Source of the DNA: a virus
Direction: 5' to 3' (one strand)
Virus record (IMG/VR): IMGVR_UViG_3300033182_000709
Coordinates: 2,698-66,697 of that record
DNA length: 64,000 nt
A program made the position numbers and the translations under genes. Below, in pieces: positions 10,594 through 19,343 of this stretch. Below the pieces are notes generated by a model that had not been told where the DNA came from, did no database searches, and was given only the letters and a program-made list of their open reading frames with translations. Positions within the stretch are counted from its first letter, which is position 1. Each line of letters opens with the position of its first letter.

Positions 10594-10839
10594 AATTTAT
10601 GATTCTCCTCCCTTACGGGTATATGAATTTCTTAACTCTCTCTATTATATCCAATATCTTGAATTTTGAGTATATTTGTATATACACTTTCAGTCTTAAA
10701 AATGTGTTAAGTTTAAAGAAGTTAGTTTAGGTAATACTATTTTGTATATTTAAGGTTACTTTGTATGGACCGCCTTTGCATTTTACGCACCGGATATCTG
10801 ACTGCTTTCATTTTATAAAAATACCCCTTTTATTTTGCG

Positions 10840-10917
10840 TAAGTCTTTATACTGCAATGACTTAGAGTTACTTACCCCCCGCCGCGAAGACCTAAGTCTT
10901 TATCTGACAACGACTTA
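10840..10917. repeat. paired-palindrome element copy 1
   Basis: TAAGTCTTT-N7-AATGACTTA and TAAGTCTTT-N7-AACGACTTA starting at 10840 and 10893. Confidence 0.9.
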
Positions 10918-10957
10918 GAACTATTCTACTTTTTTTCTTTTTTATCCCCTAAAGTTC

Positions 10958-10985
10958 TTGACATGTGTTGCCGATAATGTATAAT
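10958..10985 (+). promoter_or_regulatory. sigma70-type promoter TTGACA-N16-TATAAT
   Basis: Perfect hexamers; equivalent promoters at 11361, 12105, 12803, 14038, 14786, 16528, 17354, 18132, 19266, 20542. Confidence 0.8.
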
Positions 10986-11023
10986 GAAGGCATAACGAAC
11001 AACACTTTTTTGGAGACTGTAAA

Positions 11024-11221
11024 ATGATGATGATCAGCGTTAACTTCACCGACAAAAATGGCGAATCTTGCTGGGCCGATTTCTCTTCTGCTCAAGCTGC
11101 GGTTGAATACTGCGGTATTGAGAATATCCTATCGTGGGAACACTACGACGAATACGAAGACGAATACGACGGCCAACCCGATTGGGCACAGGAATGGCAC
11201 GATTTTGACCCTGACTGCTAA
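11024..11221 (+). CDS. small acidic phage protein (DGQPDWAQEWHDFDPDC motif)
   Basis: GGAGA RBS after promoter; C-terminal motif recurrent in phage early proteins. Confidence 0.7.
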   Translation: MMMISVNFTDKNGESCWADFSSAQAAVEYCGIENILSWEHYDEYEDEYDGQPDWAQEWHDFDPDC

Positions 11222-11232
11222 TCAAATCGACC

Positions 11233-11310
11233 TAAGTCCTTACCCCACAAGGGGTTAGGGCGATGGGGGCCGGGGCCGCTGGCCCTAAGTCCTTATCTGA
11301 CAACGACTTA
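11233..11310. repeat. paired-palindrome element copy 2
   Basis: TAAGT starts at 11233 and 11286. Confidence 0.9.
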
Positions 11311-11370
11311 CGACGATTGCGAAATACTTTTCTTTTTTTCTTTTTTATCCCCTAAAGTTCTTGACATTGA

Positions 11371-11562
11371 ATGACGATAATGTATAATAGAAGCAACAAA
11401 GGAGATAAGAGAATGGTCAAGATTACTGTCAATGGAAAATGGATCGGATACATTGTCTCAACGGGGTTGACAACCTCAGAGGTAAACGCTAAAGTAAACC
11501 GTATAGTTAACCGTAACTTTCCACCCGGAACCGTTACCACTTCTAAATGGGAATTTGTTTAG
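11371..11562 (+). CDS. hypothetical early protein (start probably 11413)
   Basis: GGAG RBS downstream of promoter 11361. Confidence 0.5.
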   Translation: MTIMYNRSNKGDKRMVKITVNGKWIGYIVSTGLTTSEVNAKVNRIVNRNFPPGTVTTSKWEFV

Positions 11563-11858
11563 TACTAAATGAGGAATGCATGATGAATATCTGCCCTATT
11601 GAAAATGGCTATGCTATCAATGGCACAAGGATTGAAAAGGCTCCAGACTTTGTTCAATACACAAAAAACATATCACTTAGAGTTGGTGATGTTTATATTA
11701 GAAGAAAGGAAGGAGATGCGAAAAGGACGATCAAGGCGATGTATTATATTAATGGCATATTGAGTATAAAATATATAGAAGAGGGTTTAGGACAACTTAA
11801 CTTTACTGTTAATGGTAACTGCCTACCTGAAACCCTTAGAGCATGGGGAAGAACATAA
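11547..11858 (+). CDS. hypothetical protein
   Basis: ORF track; GAGG RBS near internal ATG. Confidence 0.55.
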   Translation: MGICLVLNEECMMNICPIENGYAINGTRIEKAPDFVQYTKNISLRVGDVYIRRKEGDAKRTIKAMYYINGILSIKYIEEGLGQLNFTVNGNCLPETLRAWGRT

Positions 11859-11974
11859 TGGAAGAAACTATTACACAAGCAATCTGGAATGGGTTTTGTA
11901 TTATTACTTTTGTTGGCACAATGTTTGGTGCTATTATGATTACTTTAGTTAACTGTTTTAGAAAAGGATGGTAA
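11858..11974 (+). CDS. small membrane protein (38 aa)
   Basis: Manual translation MEETITQAIWNGFCIITFVGTMFGAIMILLVNCFRKGW; TAATG overlap with upstream ORF. Confidence 0.5.
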   Translation: MEETITQAIWNGFCIITFVGTMFGAIMITLVNCFRKGW

Positions 11975-11976
11975 CG

Positions 11977-12054
11977 TAAGTCCTTATCCCCCAACGACTT
12001 AGGTCTACGGGGGGCCGGGGCCGCCGCCCTAAGTCCTTATGTAGCAACGACTTA
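11977..12054. repeat. paired-palindrome element copy 3
   Basis: TAAGT starts at 11977 and 12030. Confidence 0.9.
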
Positions 12055-12173
12055 CGACGATTCAGGATTTCTTTTCTTTTTTCTTTTATTTGGGGTGGAT
12101 TCTCTTGACATGTTCTGCCGATAATGTATACTAGAGGCATAAGACAGCACGTTACTTTTTAGGAGATTGCAAG

Positions 12174-12380
12174 ATGAACAGCTTCAACACTCAGAACCAA
12201 TGCGACGATTTCAGCAACGAGCCTACTCAAGAGCAGATCATTGAATTGATGCGAGAGGCGGCAGAGATCCAAGATGCCCAGCAAACTTTCTTTGATGACT
12301 TGTTTGAAGAAGGTCACACCGATGAGGCTCACGACGCTTGGAAGGATTCCAAAGTATTCGGCGGAATCTTTTTAGATTAG
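12174..12380 (+). CDS. small acidic hypothetical protein
   Basis: AGGAGA RBS after promoter 12105. Confidence 0.65.
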   Translation: MNSFNTQNQCDDFSNEPTQEQIIELMREAAEIQDAQQTFFDDLFEEGHTDEAHDAWKDSKVFGGIFLD

Positions 12381-12451
12381 GATTGACAAGCCTATGGTTC
12401 AGGGGCTATAATGGTCCCTGTTCTTTCACTTTCTCTTTTGAGGTTTTTATT

Positions 12452-12682
12452 ATGTTCAAGCTCACCCTGACCACTGTTGAATGCTGCTATGATGGTTATC
12501 ACAATGATACTACCATCGCTTTCGGTAAGTCGCCCAAGGAGTGTTGGGCTAAAATGCGTGGACCTAACTACGGTCAACGTATCAACCGTGGGGGTTGTCC
12601 CCTTGGTTATGGCGGTACGCCCGTTCTCTGCGGTGAGAAGCTGGAGAAGAATGGGAAGGTCATCAAAGAGATTTGGGATTGA
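12452..12682 (+). CDS. hypothetical protein
   Basis: MFKLTLTTVECC start with GAGG RBS; stop abuts repeat copy 4. Confidence 0.55.
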   Translation: MFKLTLTTVECCYDGYHNDTTIAFGKSPKECWAKMRGPNYGQRINRGGCPLGYGGTPVLCGEKLEKNGKVIKEIWD

Positions 12683-12684
12683 CG

Positions 12685-12762
12685 TAAGTCCTTGCCCCGT
12701 AACGACTTAGGGCGACGGGGGCCGGGGCCGCTGGCCCTAAGTCCTGATACCACAAGGGTTTA
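12685..12762. repeat. paired-palindrome element copy 4
   Basis: TAAGT starts at 12685 and 12738. Confidence 0.9.
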
Positions 12763-12858
12763 CGACGATTTGGATTATTTCTAAAAATCTTTTCAATATC
12801 TATTGACATTCATTCACGGTATGCTAAAATTGGGTATCAACAACACAAGGAGTTTGAG

Positions 12859-13173
12859 ATGCACGAAGAACTGAAGAGACTAGAAGATGCCGTTATTGAT
12901 TGCTTCATGGTCCCTAAAGAGTGGCTCCCTGAATCGTATCAAGGCAAGCGTTCCCACCGTTCTCTAAAATCAGTCGTCAAGGAAGCACAAAAACGTGGAG
13001 TACTTGAAACGGAACACAAAAAGCTGAAACGGACCAAGGTAGAAAAGATTGCCATTTATCGAGAAAATGTTGAAAATGGTGTGGAGATTGATTGGCAGAT
13101 AGACGATAATAAACTATATAAGAATCAAATGTGTTTCGCACAACTCATGGAGCTAGATTTAGATGAAGATTAG
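12859..13173 (+). CDS. hypothetical protein
   Basis: AGGAG RBS after promoter 12803. Confidence 0.65.
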   Translation: MHEELKRLEDAVIDCFMVPKEWLPESYQGKRSHRSLKSVVKEAQKRGVLETEHKKLKRTKVEKIAIYRENVENGVEIDWQIDDNKLYKNQMCFAQLMELDLDED

Positions 13174-13326
13174 TTTTTTCCTGTTTCATTTTGTTTTGTT
13201 TGTTATTTGCGTGTTGACTTTTTGTTCGGGATGCAGTAACATTAAGAGTAAGCGAGTTGAGGTTATGACTGGCTCTCCAAATGTTTGGACCGCTAACCCT
13301 TCTCAATCCGTTAATGTCAAGGTGGT

Positions 13327-13590
13327 GTGCGAACTATGACAACTAAAATCAGAATGATGCGAAAATTAACCGACAAAGTTTCACCAACTGTGATCTGTGA
13401 ATCATTGCTTGAGTATGAACTACCAAAAGAATTTCAAGAGATGATGGTTGAATGTGACCAAATGATGATGGATGAAGATCCTGAAGCCGAGCTTTATATT
13501 CAGCACATTTTCTCGCAAGTGAATGAACATGTCAATGAATTGTTCGCTGACAGTGGCTTTTTTCCCATAGGATTAGTTGGTCATGAATGA
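13327..13590 (+). CDS. hypothetical acidic protein
   Basis: ORF track, co-oriented with neighbours. Confidence 0.55.
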   Translation: MRTMTTKIRMMRKLTDKVSPTVICESLLEYELPKEFQEMMVECDQMMMDEDPEAELYIQHIFSQVNEHVNELFADSGFFPIGLVGHE

Positions 13591-13897
13591 ACATTGGAAG
13601 CCATCAAAAGAGTTTACTTCAATGGCACAAAAACGACGTTTTGAACAACAGCAAAAAGACTTGGAGAAAATCAGAATGAATAAGCAACTAGCAAAGACCG
13701 AATCACAACAGGCACTTGAAAGATTGGAAATCGTTGAGGGTATCATGGAACAAGTGGAGCAACTAGCAGACCAACCCTTGTCGTGGTATGAAATGAGTCA
13801 ACTCGGTCAGGCTCATGAGCACCTACAAAATATTGCTAAAAAATTAAGTTTTGATTATCATCTTGAGGCAATGAAGGTTGATCCCGACTGTCAATAA
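13577..13897 (+). CDS. hypothetical coiled-coil protein
   Basis: ORF track; stop precedes repeat copy 5. Confidence 0.55.
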   Translation: MVMNEHWKPSKEFTSMAQKRRFEQQQKDLEKIRMNKQLAKTESQQALERLEIVEGIMEQVEQLADQPLSWYEMSQLGQAHEHLQNIAKKLSFDYHLEAMKVDPDCQ

Positions 13898-13908
13898 TCG
13901 AATCGTCC

Positions 13909-13986
13909 TAAGTCCTTACCCCGCAAGGGGTTAGGGCGAGGGGGGCCGGGGGCCGTCGCCCTAAGTCCTTACGCTACAACGACTTA
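13909..13986. repeat. paired-palindrome element copy 5
   Basis: TAAGT starts at 13909 and 13962. Confidence 0.9.
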
Positions 13987-14106
13987 CGACAATCCCAAGT
14001 ATTTTTATTTTTCTGATAAATAACTCAAGAGAAAGGCTTGACATTCCGATAAATAGTAGTAGAATAAGAGCATACAACACAACGCTACTTTTTAGGAGAA
14101 TGTAAG

Positions 14107-14673
14107 ATGGCTACCGTAACTTTCAAAGAATTTGATTTTATCAAGAAAAACATGGAATTTTCCAAACAAGCAGAGAAAGGATACTCAGTTAAGAAAGATC
14201 GAGTAGCATGGAATCTTGTCACAGCAGGAAATAACTGTGGTGATTTTGTGGAAGAAATCGTAGCCCAGAAGTTTCGAGATATGGGATATAAAGCAGAAAC
14301 TACTGTTGGCAAGCATCCTTATGATATAGACCTTACCGATAATGATGGAAATAAATTAACTGTTGAAGTAAAATCTGCCCAATATATCCCGTCGCAGGAA
14401 AAATTTAAGTTTGCACACATTAAACCAAGTCAAGCTGATATTTTTGTATTCTGTGCAATTACAGCCACAGGTTTAGAAATTCGATTTGCAACTAAGGCAG
14501 AGGTAATTCGATATATCAAACAAAGAGGTTTACGCAATCAAGGAAACGGATGGAATCTGACTTGGATGTCTTCAGGTAATTCTAGAGAAGACTTGCGGAT
14601 TCAGTGGCCTACCGAAGATCTTGACACCTTCCCACCTGCGTGGGCTATGAAGCTATCTAGATTTATGAATTAA
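14107..14673 (+). CDS. PD-(D/E)xK restriction-endonuclease-fold protein
   Basis: GDFVEEIVAQKF...HPYDIDL...VEVKSA catalytic pattern; sole gene of its cassette. Confidence 0.65.
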   Translation: MATVTFKEFDFIKKNMEFSKQAEKGYSVKKDRVAWNLVTAGNNCGDFVEEIVAQKFRDMGYKAETTVGKHPYDIDLTDNDGNKLTVEVKSAQYIPSQEKFKFAHIKPSQADIFVFCAITATGLEIRFATKAEVIRYIKQRGLRNQGNGWNLTWMSSGNSREDLRIQWPTEDLDTFPPAWAMKLSRFMN

Positions 14674-14675
14674 TG

Positions 14676-14753
14676 TAACTCCTTACGCCCCAACGACTTA
14701 GGTCTGCGGGGCCGGGGGCGGCTCGCCCTAAGTCCTTACACCACAACAACTTA
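14676..14753. repeat. paired-palindrome element copy 6
   Basis: TAACT at 14676 and TAAGT at 14729. Confidence 0.9.
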
Positions 14754-14819
14754 CGTCAATTTGGATTTTCTTTAAAGTTTGTTGCTTGACAATGCCGATA
14801 ACTATAGTAGAATGATACT

Positions 14820-14897
14820 TGGGTGGGCAGCACTTACAGGCCGATGCCCACATGTGACAAATCCGAAACCTGCGGGACAGTGAGAGGCTGTCTTTTC
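14820..14897 (+). ncRNA. putative small structured RNA
   Basis: Follows promoter 14786-14813; GTGGGCA/TGCCCAC stem; GACAG/CTGTC hairpin plus TTTT; no RBS-led ORF. Confidence 0.35.
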
Positions 14898-15027
14898 TAT
14901 TCTAGCTTCTTTAGATTATTACTAAATAGCACGCGAGCACGCGAGTTTTTTCTAAAGTTTTACTTGACAATTAGCCGATAAATGTTATACTGGAAGAGTA
15001 AACAACACTACTTTTAGGAGAAGCGAA

Positions 15028-15273
15028 ATGAGAGTTATGGAAAAGAATGGAAAACCGCTTGAGGTTAAAGAGCACATTATGACCAAGAACTTTTGGGAAT
15101 TCTTTTTACTGGAGGAACCAGACGAGAATGGAGTGGCATTTGCCTTAGTGTGTGGAGATTATGACGAATTGGGTTATGTATCCTTGGACGAGATTAAACC
15201 ATTCATTATTTCTAGAACAAAACAAATGGATGGAATTATGCCCGCTCCCGGTTATTCTTGGCTTGACAATTAG
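15028..15273 (+). CDS. DUF2958-like protein
   Basis: WEFFLLE...AFALVCG..DELGYVSLDEI pattern; own promoter at about 14964. Confidence 0.55.
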   Translation: MRVMEKNGKPLEVKEHIMTKNFWEFFLLEEPDENGVAFALVCGDYDELGYVSLDEIKPFIISRTKQMDGIMPAPGYSWLDN

Positions 15274-15324
15274 GATTTGTATAGTACAATAGAAGCACAA
15301 CATTACTTTTTTAGGAGAATGGAA

Positions 15325-15648
15325 ATGAGTAAGATTGAGGAAGCTATTGAAGATGTTATCAATGGGCATATTAGTGAATTGGACTTTCATGATATGATTA
15401 CCACTGAGGTTCGTGATACTTGGGACATGGATGAACTGGATCGTGTAGATGAGACAGTTGATAGAGTGGATGCTCTTGAGGCATGGATAGTTGATGCAGA
15501 GGATAAACTGAGTATTCAAAATGTTATTAACTTGGAAAGTTCAGTTAAGAATCTTACTAAGTATACCCAGCAACTAGAACTTCGTATTACAGAACTTGAG
15601 CAACAAGCAAACAAGTCCTTTATTGAGAAACTTATGTTTTGGAGGTAG
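15325..15648 (+). CDS. hypothetical coiled-coil protein
   Basis: AGGAGA RBS; ends FIEKLMFWR. Confidence 0.6.
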   Translation: MSKIEEAIEDVINGHISELDFHDMITTEVRDTWDMDELDRVDETVDRVDALEAWIVDAEDKLSIQNVINLESSVKNLTKYTQQLELRITELEQQANKSFIEKLMFWR

Positions 15649-15874
15649 TGATGAGATACACAAATATGGTAGGAAATCCAGTTGACGGATTCAAATGTTA
15701 TGGTATCTTTGATAATCTACAGGATGCTATTGACTGGCAGGATGGATGTGACGAGTCTTGTTGGGTTGTAGAATTGGAGGTTGAAGATGACAATTAAAGA
15801 ATTGATAAAAGAATTTGTTGATGACCACAAAGCACACTTTGACTGTTATCCAATGGAAGTTGAAGTAAACGATA

Positions 15875-16087
15875 TTGTTTATTCTTGGGATCAGTATTGG
15901 GAGATTTTGGACAATGAGTAAACCTGAATACACACCAGAGAATTGCGAAACATTAGCTAATACTGTTGTAGATAGTATGTCATGGGATGAACTTAGACAA
16001 TTTGTTTATGATGATGTTTATTCTATTATGATGGAAGAAAAAGATGTTTTCCTTGCTAACGTAGAACATTATTGGGAGGGAGATTGA
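15875..16087 (+). CDS. hypothetical protein (start probably MSKPEY)
   Basis: ORF track. Confidence 0.5.
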   Translation: MFILGISIGRFWTMSKPEYTPENCETLANTVVDSMSWDELRQFVYDDVYSIMMEEKDVFLANVEHYWEGD

Positions 16088-16088
16088 A

Positions 16089-16367
16089 ATGAAGAAGAAG
16101 TATAGACTTTTTAGTGATCCCGGTCACGCTTGGCTTGAGGTTGACTTTAACGAACTGGTTAGTTTAGGAATAAATAAAAAGATTACTGCTTGGTCCTACC
16201 ATAAGGGTAACAATGTGTATCTGGAAGAGGATTGTGATGCTCCTTTATTTTTACAAACTAAAAAAGATCTTACAGGTGAGGTAACACAGTATGAAGAGAT
16301 TACAAGCGATTACAATTCTCCAATACGAAACTACAGTCCATATTATTTTGGGACTATGTATGATTAG
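16089..16367 (+). CDS. conserved phage hypothetical protein (DPGHAWLEV...YLEEDCDA)
   Basis: Motif recurrent in phage early regions. Confidence 0.6.
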   Translation: MKKKYRLFSDPGHAWLEVDFNELVSLGINKKITAWSYHKGNNVYLEEDCDAPLFLQTKKDLTGEVTQYEEITSDYNSPIRNYSPYYFGTMYD

Positions 16368-16407
16368 TTGATTCTCCTTGTTGTGTGTTGTGTGTTGTGT
16401 GTGGCCC

Positions 16408-16485
16408 TAAGTCCTTACCCCGCAAGGGGTTAGGGCGGCGGGCCGGGGGGCGGATCGACCTAAGTCCTTACGACACAAGGATTTA
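16408..16485. repeat. paired-palindrome element copy 7
   Basis: TAAGT starts at 16408 and 16461. Confidence 0.9.
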
Positions 16486-16563
16486 CGACTATTTGGGTTT
16501 TTTCTGGTTTTGACTGGAGAAAATCCCTTGACAATGACGATAAGTATTGTATAATGGTAGCAC

Positions 16564-16671
16564 AGGAGAGGATGGTTTTCCTACTGTGGACGCTCGATCA
16601 GAAGCGTAGTCCCAGAGCGGGGATGGGCGTGATGATCCCACGGTATTCTGGTTCGATCCCAGTTTTTCCTA
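16564..16671 (+). ncRNA. tRNA-like structured RNA (108 nt)
   Basis: AGGAGAG/TTTTCCT acceptor-like stem, CTGG-TTCGATC-CCAG T-arm, two internal hairpins; directly after promoter 16528. Confidence 0.35.
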
Positions 16672-16715
16672 CTTTTTTCACTTTTGTTTAGTACTTTAAA
16701 AGGAAAGAAAATGTT

Positions 16716-17006
16716 ATGCGATCTTATACAACTGATGACGGATTTACTGTCCGTGTGTTTAGCACTATGTATCTTGATTGGGGTCTCGAAATTTTGGCAC
16801 CTAGTGGGGAATCTTTGTATTATAATCCCCATTGTATCGCTTCTGATTGTGTAGGATTCTATTGGGAAGATGATGAAGGAGAACCATTAGAGGAAGGTAT
16901 TGATTGGAGCGATGAAGATTGGCAGGAGTATCTTGAATGTGAAGCAGATTCACTAATTGAGTGCTTTGTTGCCGAAGATGATTTTGGAGAAGCATTAAAT
17001 GAATAA
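16716..17006 (+). CDS. acidic hypothetical protein
   Basis: ORF track, AAGGA RBS. Confidence 0.55.
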   Translation: MRSYTTDDGFTVRVFSTMYLDWGLEILAPSGESLYYNPHCIASDCVGFYWEDDEGEPLEEGIDWSDEDWQEYLECEADSLIECFVAEDDFGEALNE

Positions 17007-17223
17007 TGAGATTGAAACCGTATCTATTTGGTGTGACGCACCTGATAGTTATGATGAGATGGTAGGCCAAGAACCATATTTCAGTTGGTTTTGTTGTGAC
17101 TCTTGTAATGAGCGTTTAGGTGGTAGTCGATATGACGTTGTGGGTTTCAACCCCGGCGATGATCCTGACGACTACCTTGAGTTGTCAGTTTGTGTTGATT
17201 GTTATTGTGAGTTAGTTGGTTAG
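16999..17223 (+). CDS. small Cys-rich protein (CCDSC...CVDC)
   Basis: Two CxxC pairs. Confidence 0.6.
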   Translation: MNNEIETVSIWCDAPDSYDEMVGQEPYFSWFCCDSCNERLGGSRYDVVGFNPGDDPDDYLELSVCVDCYCELVG

Positions 17224-17233
17224 TTAATCGCCC

Positions 17234-17311
17234 TAAGTCCTTACCCCGCAAGGGGTTAGGGCTACGGGCCGGGGGGCGGCTCGCCCTAAGTCCTTATACT
17301 GCAACAACTTA
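17234..17311. repeat. paired-palindrome element copy 8
   Basis: TAAGT starts at 17234 and 17287. Confidence 0.9.
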
Positions 17312-17400
17312 CGGCTATTTGCTTTTTTTCTTATTTTGAGTGAAGATTGCCCCTTGACTTTGACGATAACTATTGTATAATGGAAGCAAAGGAGAACGCT

Positions 17401-17748
17401 ATGCTTAAAATCGTTACTAACAATGTGCCTAGAGATGTTTTGAGTGGGTATGAAATGGACCCGCAGATTCTGAGAGATGAATTTGATATTGAAGTCGAAG
17501 GTATGAATGATGACCAGATTGGTGATCTTTGCTCAATGCAGTTTGTAAAGTTTCGGGGTGTTTGGTATGATGTTAGTGACTTTATCACAACGTCACCCGG
17601 ACCTTGGAATCATGGATTGCCTGAAGAATTTAGACAGTGGGATGGGTATGCTTCCGATAGTTTCTTTTCTGGCACCCTCTTGAAATATGCAAGAGACGAT
17701 GATAGAATGGACTTTGACCGAGTGGTTATGGCAACTTATTACAGTTAA
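17401..17748 (+). CDS. conserved phage hypothetical protein (WDGYASDSFFSG)
   Basis: AGGAG RBS after promoter 17354. Confidence 0.6.
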   Translation: MLKIVTNNVPRDVLSGYEMDPQILRDEFDIEVEGMNDDQIGDLCSMQFVKFRGVWYDVSDFITTSPGPWNHGLPEEFRQWDGYASDSFFSGTLLKYARDDDRMDFDRVVMATYYS

Positions 17749-17759
17749 GGAGAAATCGC

Positions 17760-17984
17760 ATGAATGGTTGGAGAAATCGTGAAACGTGGTTAATTAATCT
17801 TTGGTTTGGAGATCATTGGACAGAAGAAGGAGATGTCCAAACGACCAGAGATTACATTGAAGAAATGATAGACGAGCAAAGAGAAAAGATGCCTGATTGG
17901 ATGGTTGATATTTTGGGCGTAAATTTTGTGATGGAAGAAATCGACTGGGATGAATTAGGGGGACATATAGAAGCTATGCCGTAA
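17760..17984 (+). CDS. conserved phage hypothetical protein (MNGWRNRETWLINLW)
   Basis: AGGAG RBS; recurrent phage N-terminal motif. Confidence 0.6.
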   Translation: MNGWRNRETWLINLWFGDHWTEEGDVQTTRDYIEEMIDEQREKMPDWMVDILGVNFVMEEIDWDELGGHIEAMP

Positions 17985-18000
17985 GTGGTGCTGATTGCCC

Positions 18001-18078
18001 TAAGTCCTTACCCCGCAAGGGGTTAGGGCGACGGGGGCCGGGGCCGCTGGCCCTAAGTCCTTACGCCACAACGATTTA
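18001..18078. repeat. paired-palindrome element copy 9
   Basis: TAAGT starts at 18001 and 18054. Confidence 0.9.
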
Positions 18079-18201
18079 CGACGATTTAGAAATACTTTGG
18101 GAATATTCCCGTTTTGTTCTCATGTTTCTCCTTGACAATGACGATAACTATAGTATAATCAAAGGAGTAAGACATGAGTGAGTTTTTTACCTTAGCAGGG
18201 T

Positions 18202-18402
18202 GTGTCACCCTCATCTTTATTTGGAGTTTATGGAATGAAGCTGCTAGGAATTGGGTCTGATTTGGGAACGGGAAAAGTTACGGCAATCCTGAAAAATAAG
18301 GTTGAGATTTCTTATCAGGATGGTACAATAGAGTTTGTAAGTTTCAAGGAAGCAGAACGAAGGTTGTACTTCGATAACCTGCAAGGTTGGAAAAGCGTTT
18401 AA
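18202..18402 (+). CDS. small hypothetical protein
   Basis: ORF track; start uncertain. Confidence 0.4.
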   Translation: MSPSSLFGVYGMKLLGIGSDLGTGKVTAILKNKVEISYQDGTIEFVSFKEAERRLYFDNLQGWKSV

Positions 18403-18422
18403 GTTTCTTTCTTTTTTAGGAG

Positions 18423-18716
18423 TTGTTTGCTATGCAAAAGCGAACCAGTTACGAGTTTGAGGGCAAGTGCGGTTATAGTTACGTCACCAAGGCGTATTCC
18501 TCCAACGATGTGAAGTTTGAGGTTCATTTTCGAGCGAATGAGAATGACACCGATACCGTCCAGTTTGGAGTGGATGCCTCTACTGCTCGCAACATCTTGC
18601 GGTCTTTGACTCGCGCAGTTATCGAATCCGATCCTGAATTGGGTATTGACGCTCTCCGATGCATTGTCGATGAGCATAAGGAAAAGTTGGAACAATCTTC
18701 CGATTGTGAAGAATAA
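18423..18716 (+). CDS. hypothetical protein
   Basis: AGGAG RBS. Confidence 0.6.
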   Translation: MFAMQKRTSYEFEGKCGYSYVTKAYSSNDVKFEVHFRANENDTDTVQFGVDASTARNILRSLTRAVIESDPELGIDALRCIVDEHKEKLEQSSDCEE

Positions 18717-18793
18717 TCCTTGACTTCTGTTTGTTGTGTGCTACAATGGGGTAAAGGCAACAAGGTGTTGCCGCCCCTTCTTTCTCTCTCTTT

Positions 18794-19048
18794 ATGAGGT
18801 ATTTTGTTATGGCTAATGTTAAAAACTTTCGTGACCTTCGTTCCACTCGCTACATCAATGTTGGAGAGGTCGTTTCCGTCAATTATCCCAAACATGGCAA
18901 GCGTAACGTCTTGACCAAGCACTCTGGTGAAGTGGTTGCTACTGGAACTGGTCCCGGTGGTCGATACATTACAATCAAGGGTGAAGGCGGGATTATTCGC
19001 TCGCTATCCGAGGCCAAGATGGTAAAGCTCCGCAAACACCTTGCATGA
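18794..19048 (+). CDS. small basic beta-rich protein
   Basis: GAGG RBS; own promoter at about 18720; followed by terminator. Confidence 0.55.
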   Translation: MRYFVMANVKNFRDLRSTRYINVGEVVSVNYPKHGKRNVLTKHSGEVVATGTGPGGRYITIKGEGGIIRSLSEAKMVKLRKHLA

Positions 19049-19088
19049 TTTTACTGCTCTTTGTTTTATTTATATTTCTTACGTTTTA

Positions 19089-19114
19089 CGGGGTCGCCTA
19101 GCGGCCCCTTTTTT
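19089..19114 (+). terminator. Rho-independent terminator
   Basis: GGGGTCGC-CTA-GCGGCCCC followed by a T run. Confidence 0.75.
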
Positions 19115-19136
19115 ATTAGCATAAGAGAAATCGACG

Positions 19137-19214
19137 TAAACCCTTACCAGTAAACGACTTAGGACGACGGGGGGCCGGGGCCGCTGCCCTAAGTCCTTAT
19201 ATAGCAACAACTTA
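19137..19214. repeat. paired-palindrome element copy 10
   Basis: TAAAC at 19137 and TAAGT at 19190. Confidence 0.9.
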
Positions 19215-19343
19215 CGACGATTTACTTTTTCTAGAAAATAATTCTATTCTGCTAAAGAAAAACGCTTGACATAGACGATAAATATAGTAGAATTAAGGCA
19301 TAACCAAGTCTGTTACTTTTTTCTTTTTTGAAAGGTGAGCAAT

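Noticed and set aside
16378-16403. (TTGTGTG)n microsatellite
   Set aside because: Short, occurs once and has no associated feature.
16590-16606. Selenocysteine or opal-suppressor tRNA (TCA in loop)
   Set aside because: The loop lacks U33 and a canonical 7-nt geometry, and there is no recognisable D-arm; kept only as a tRNA-like RNA.
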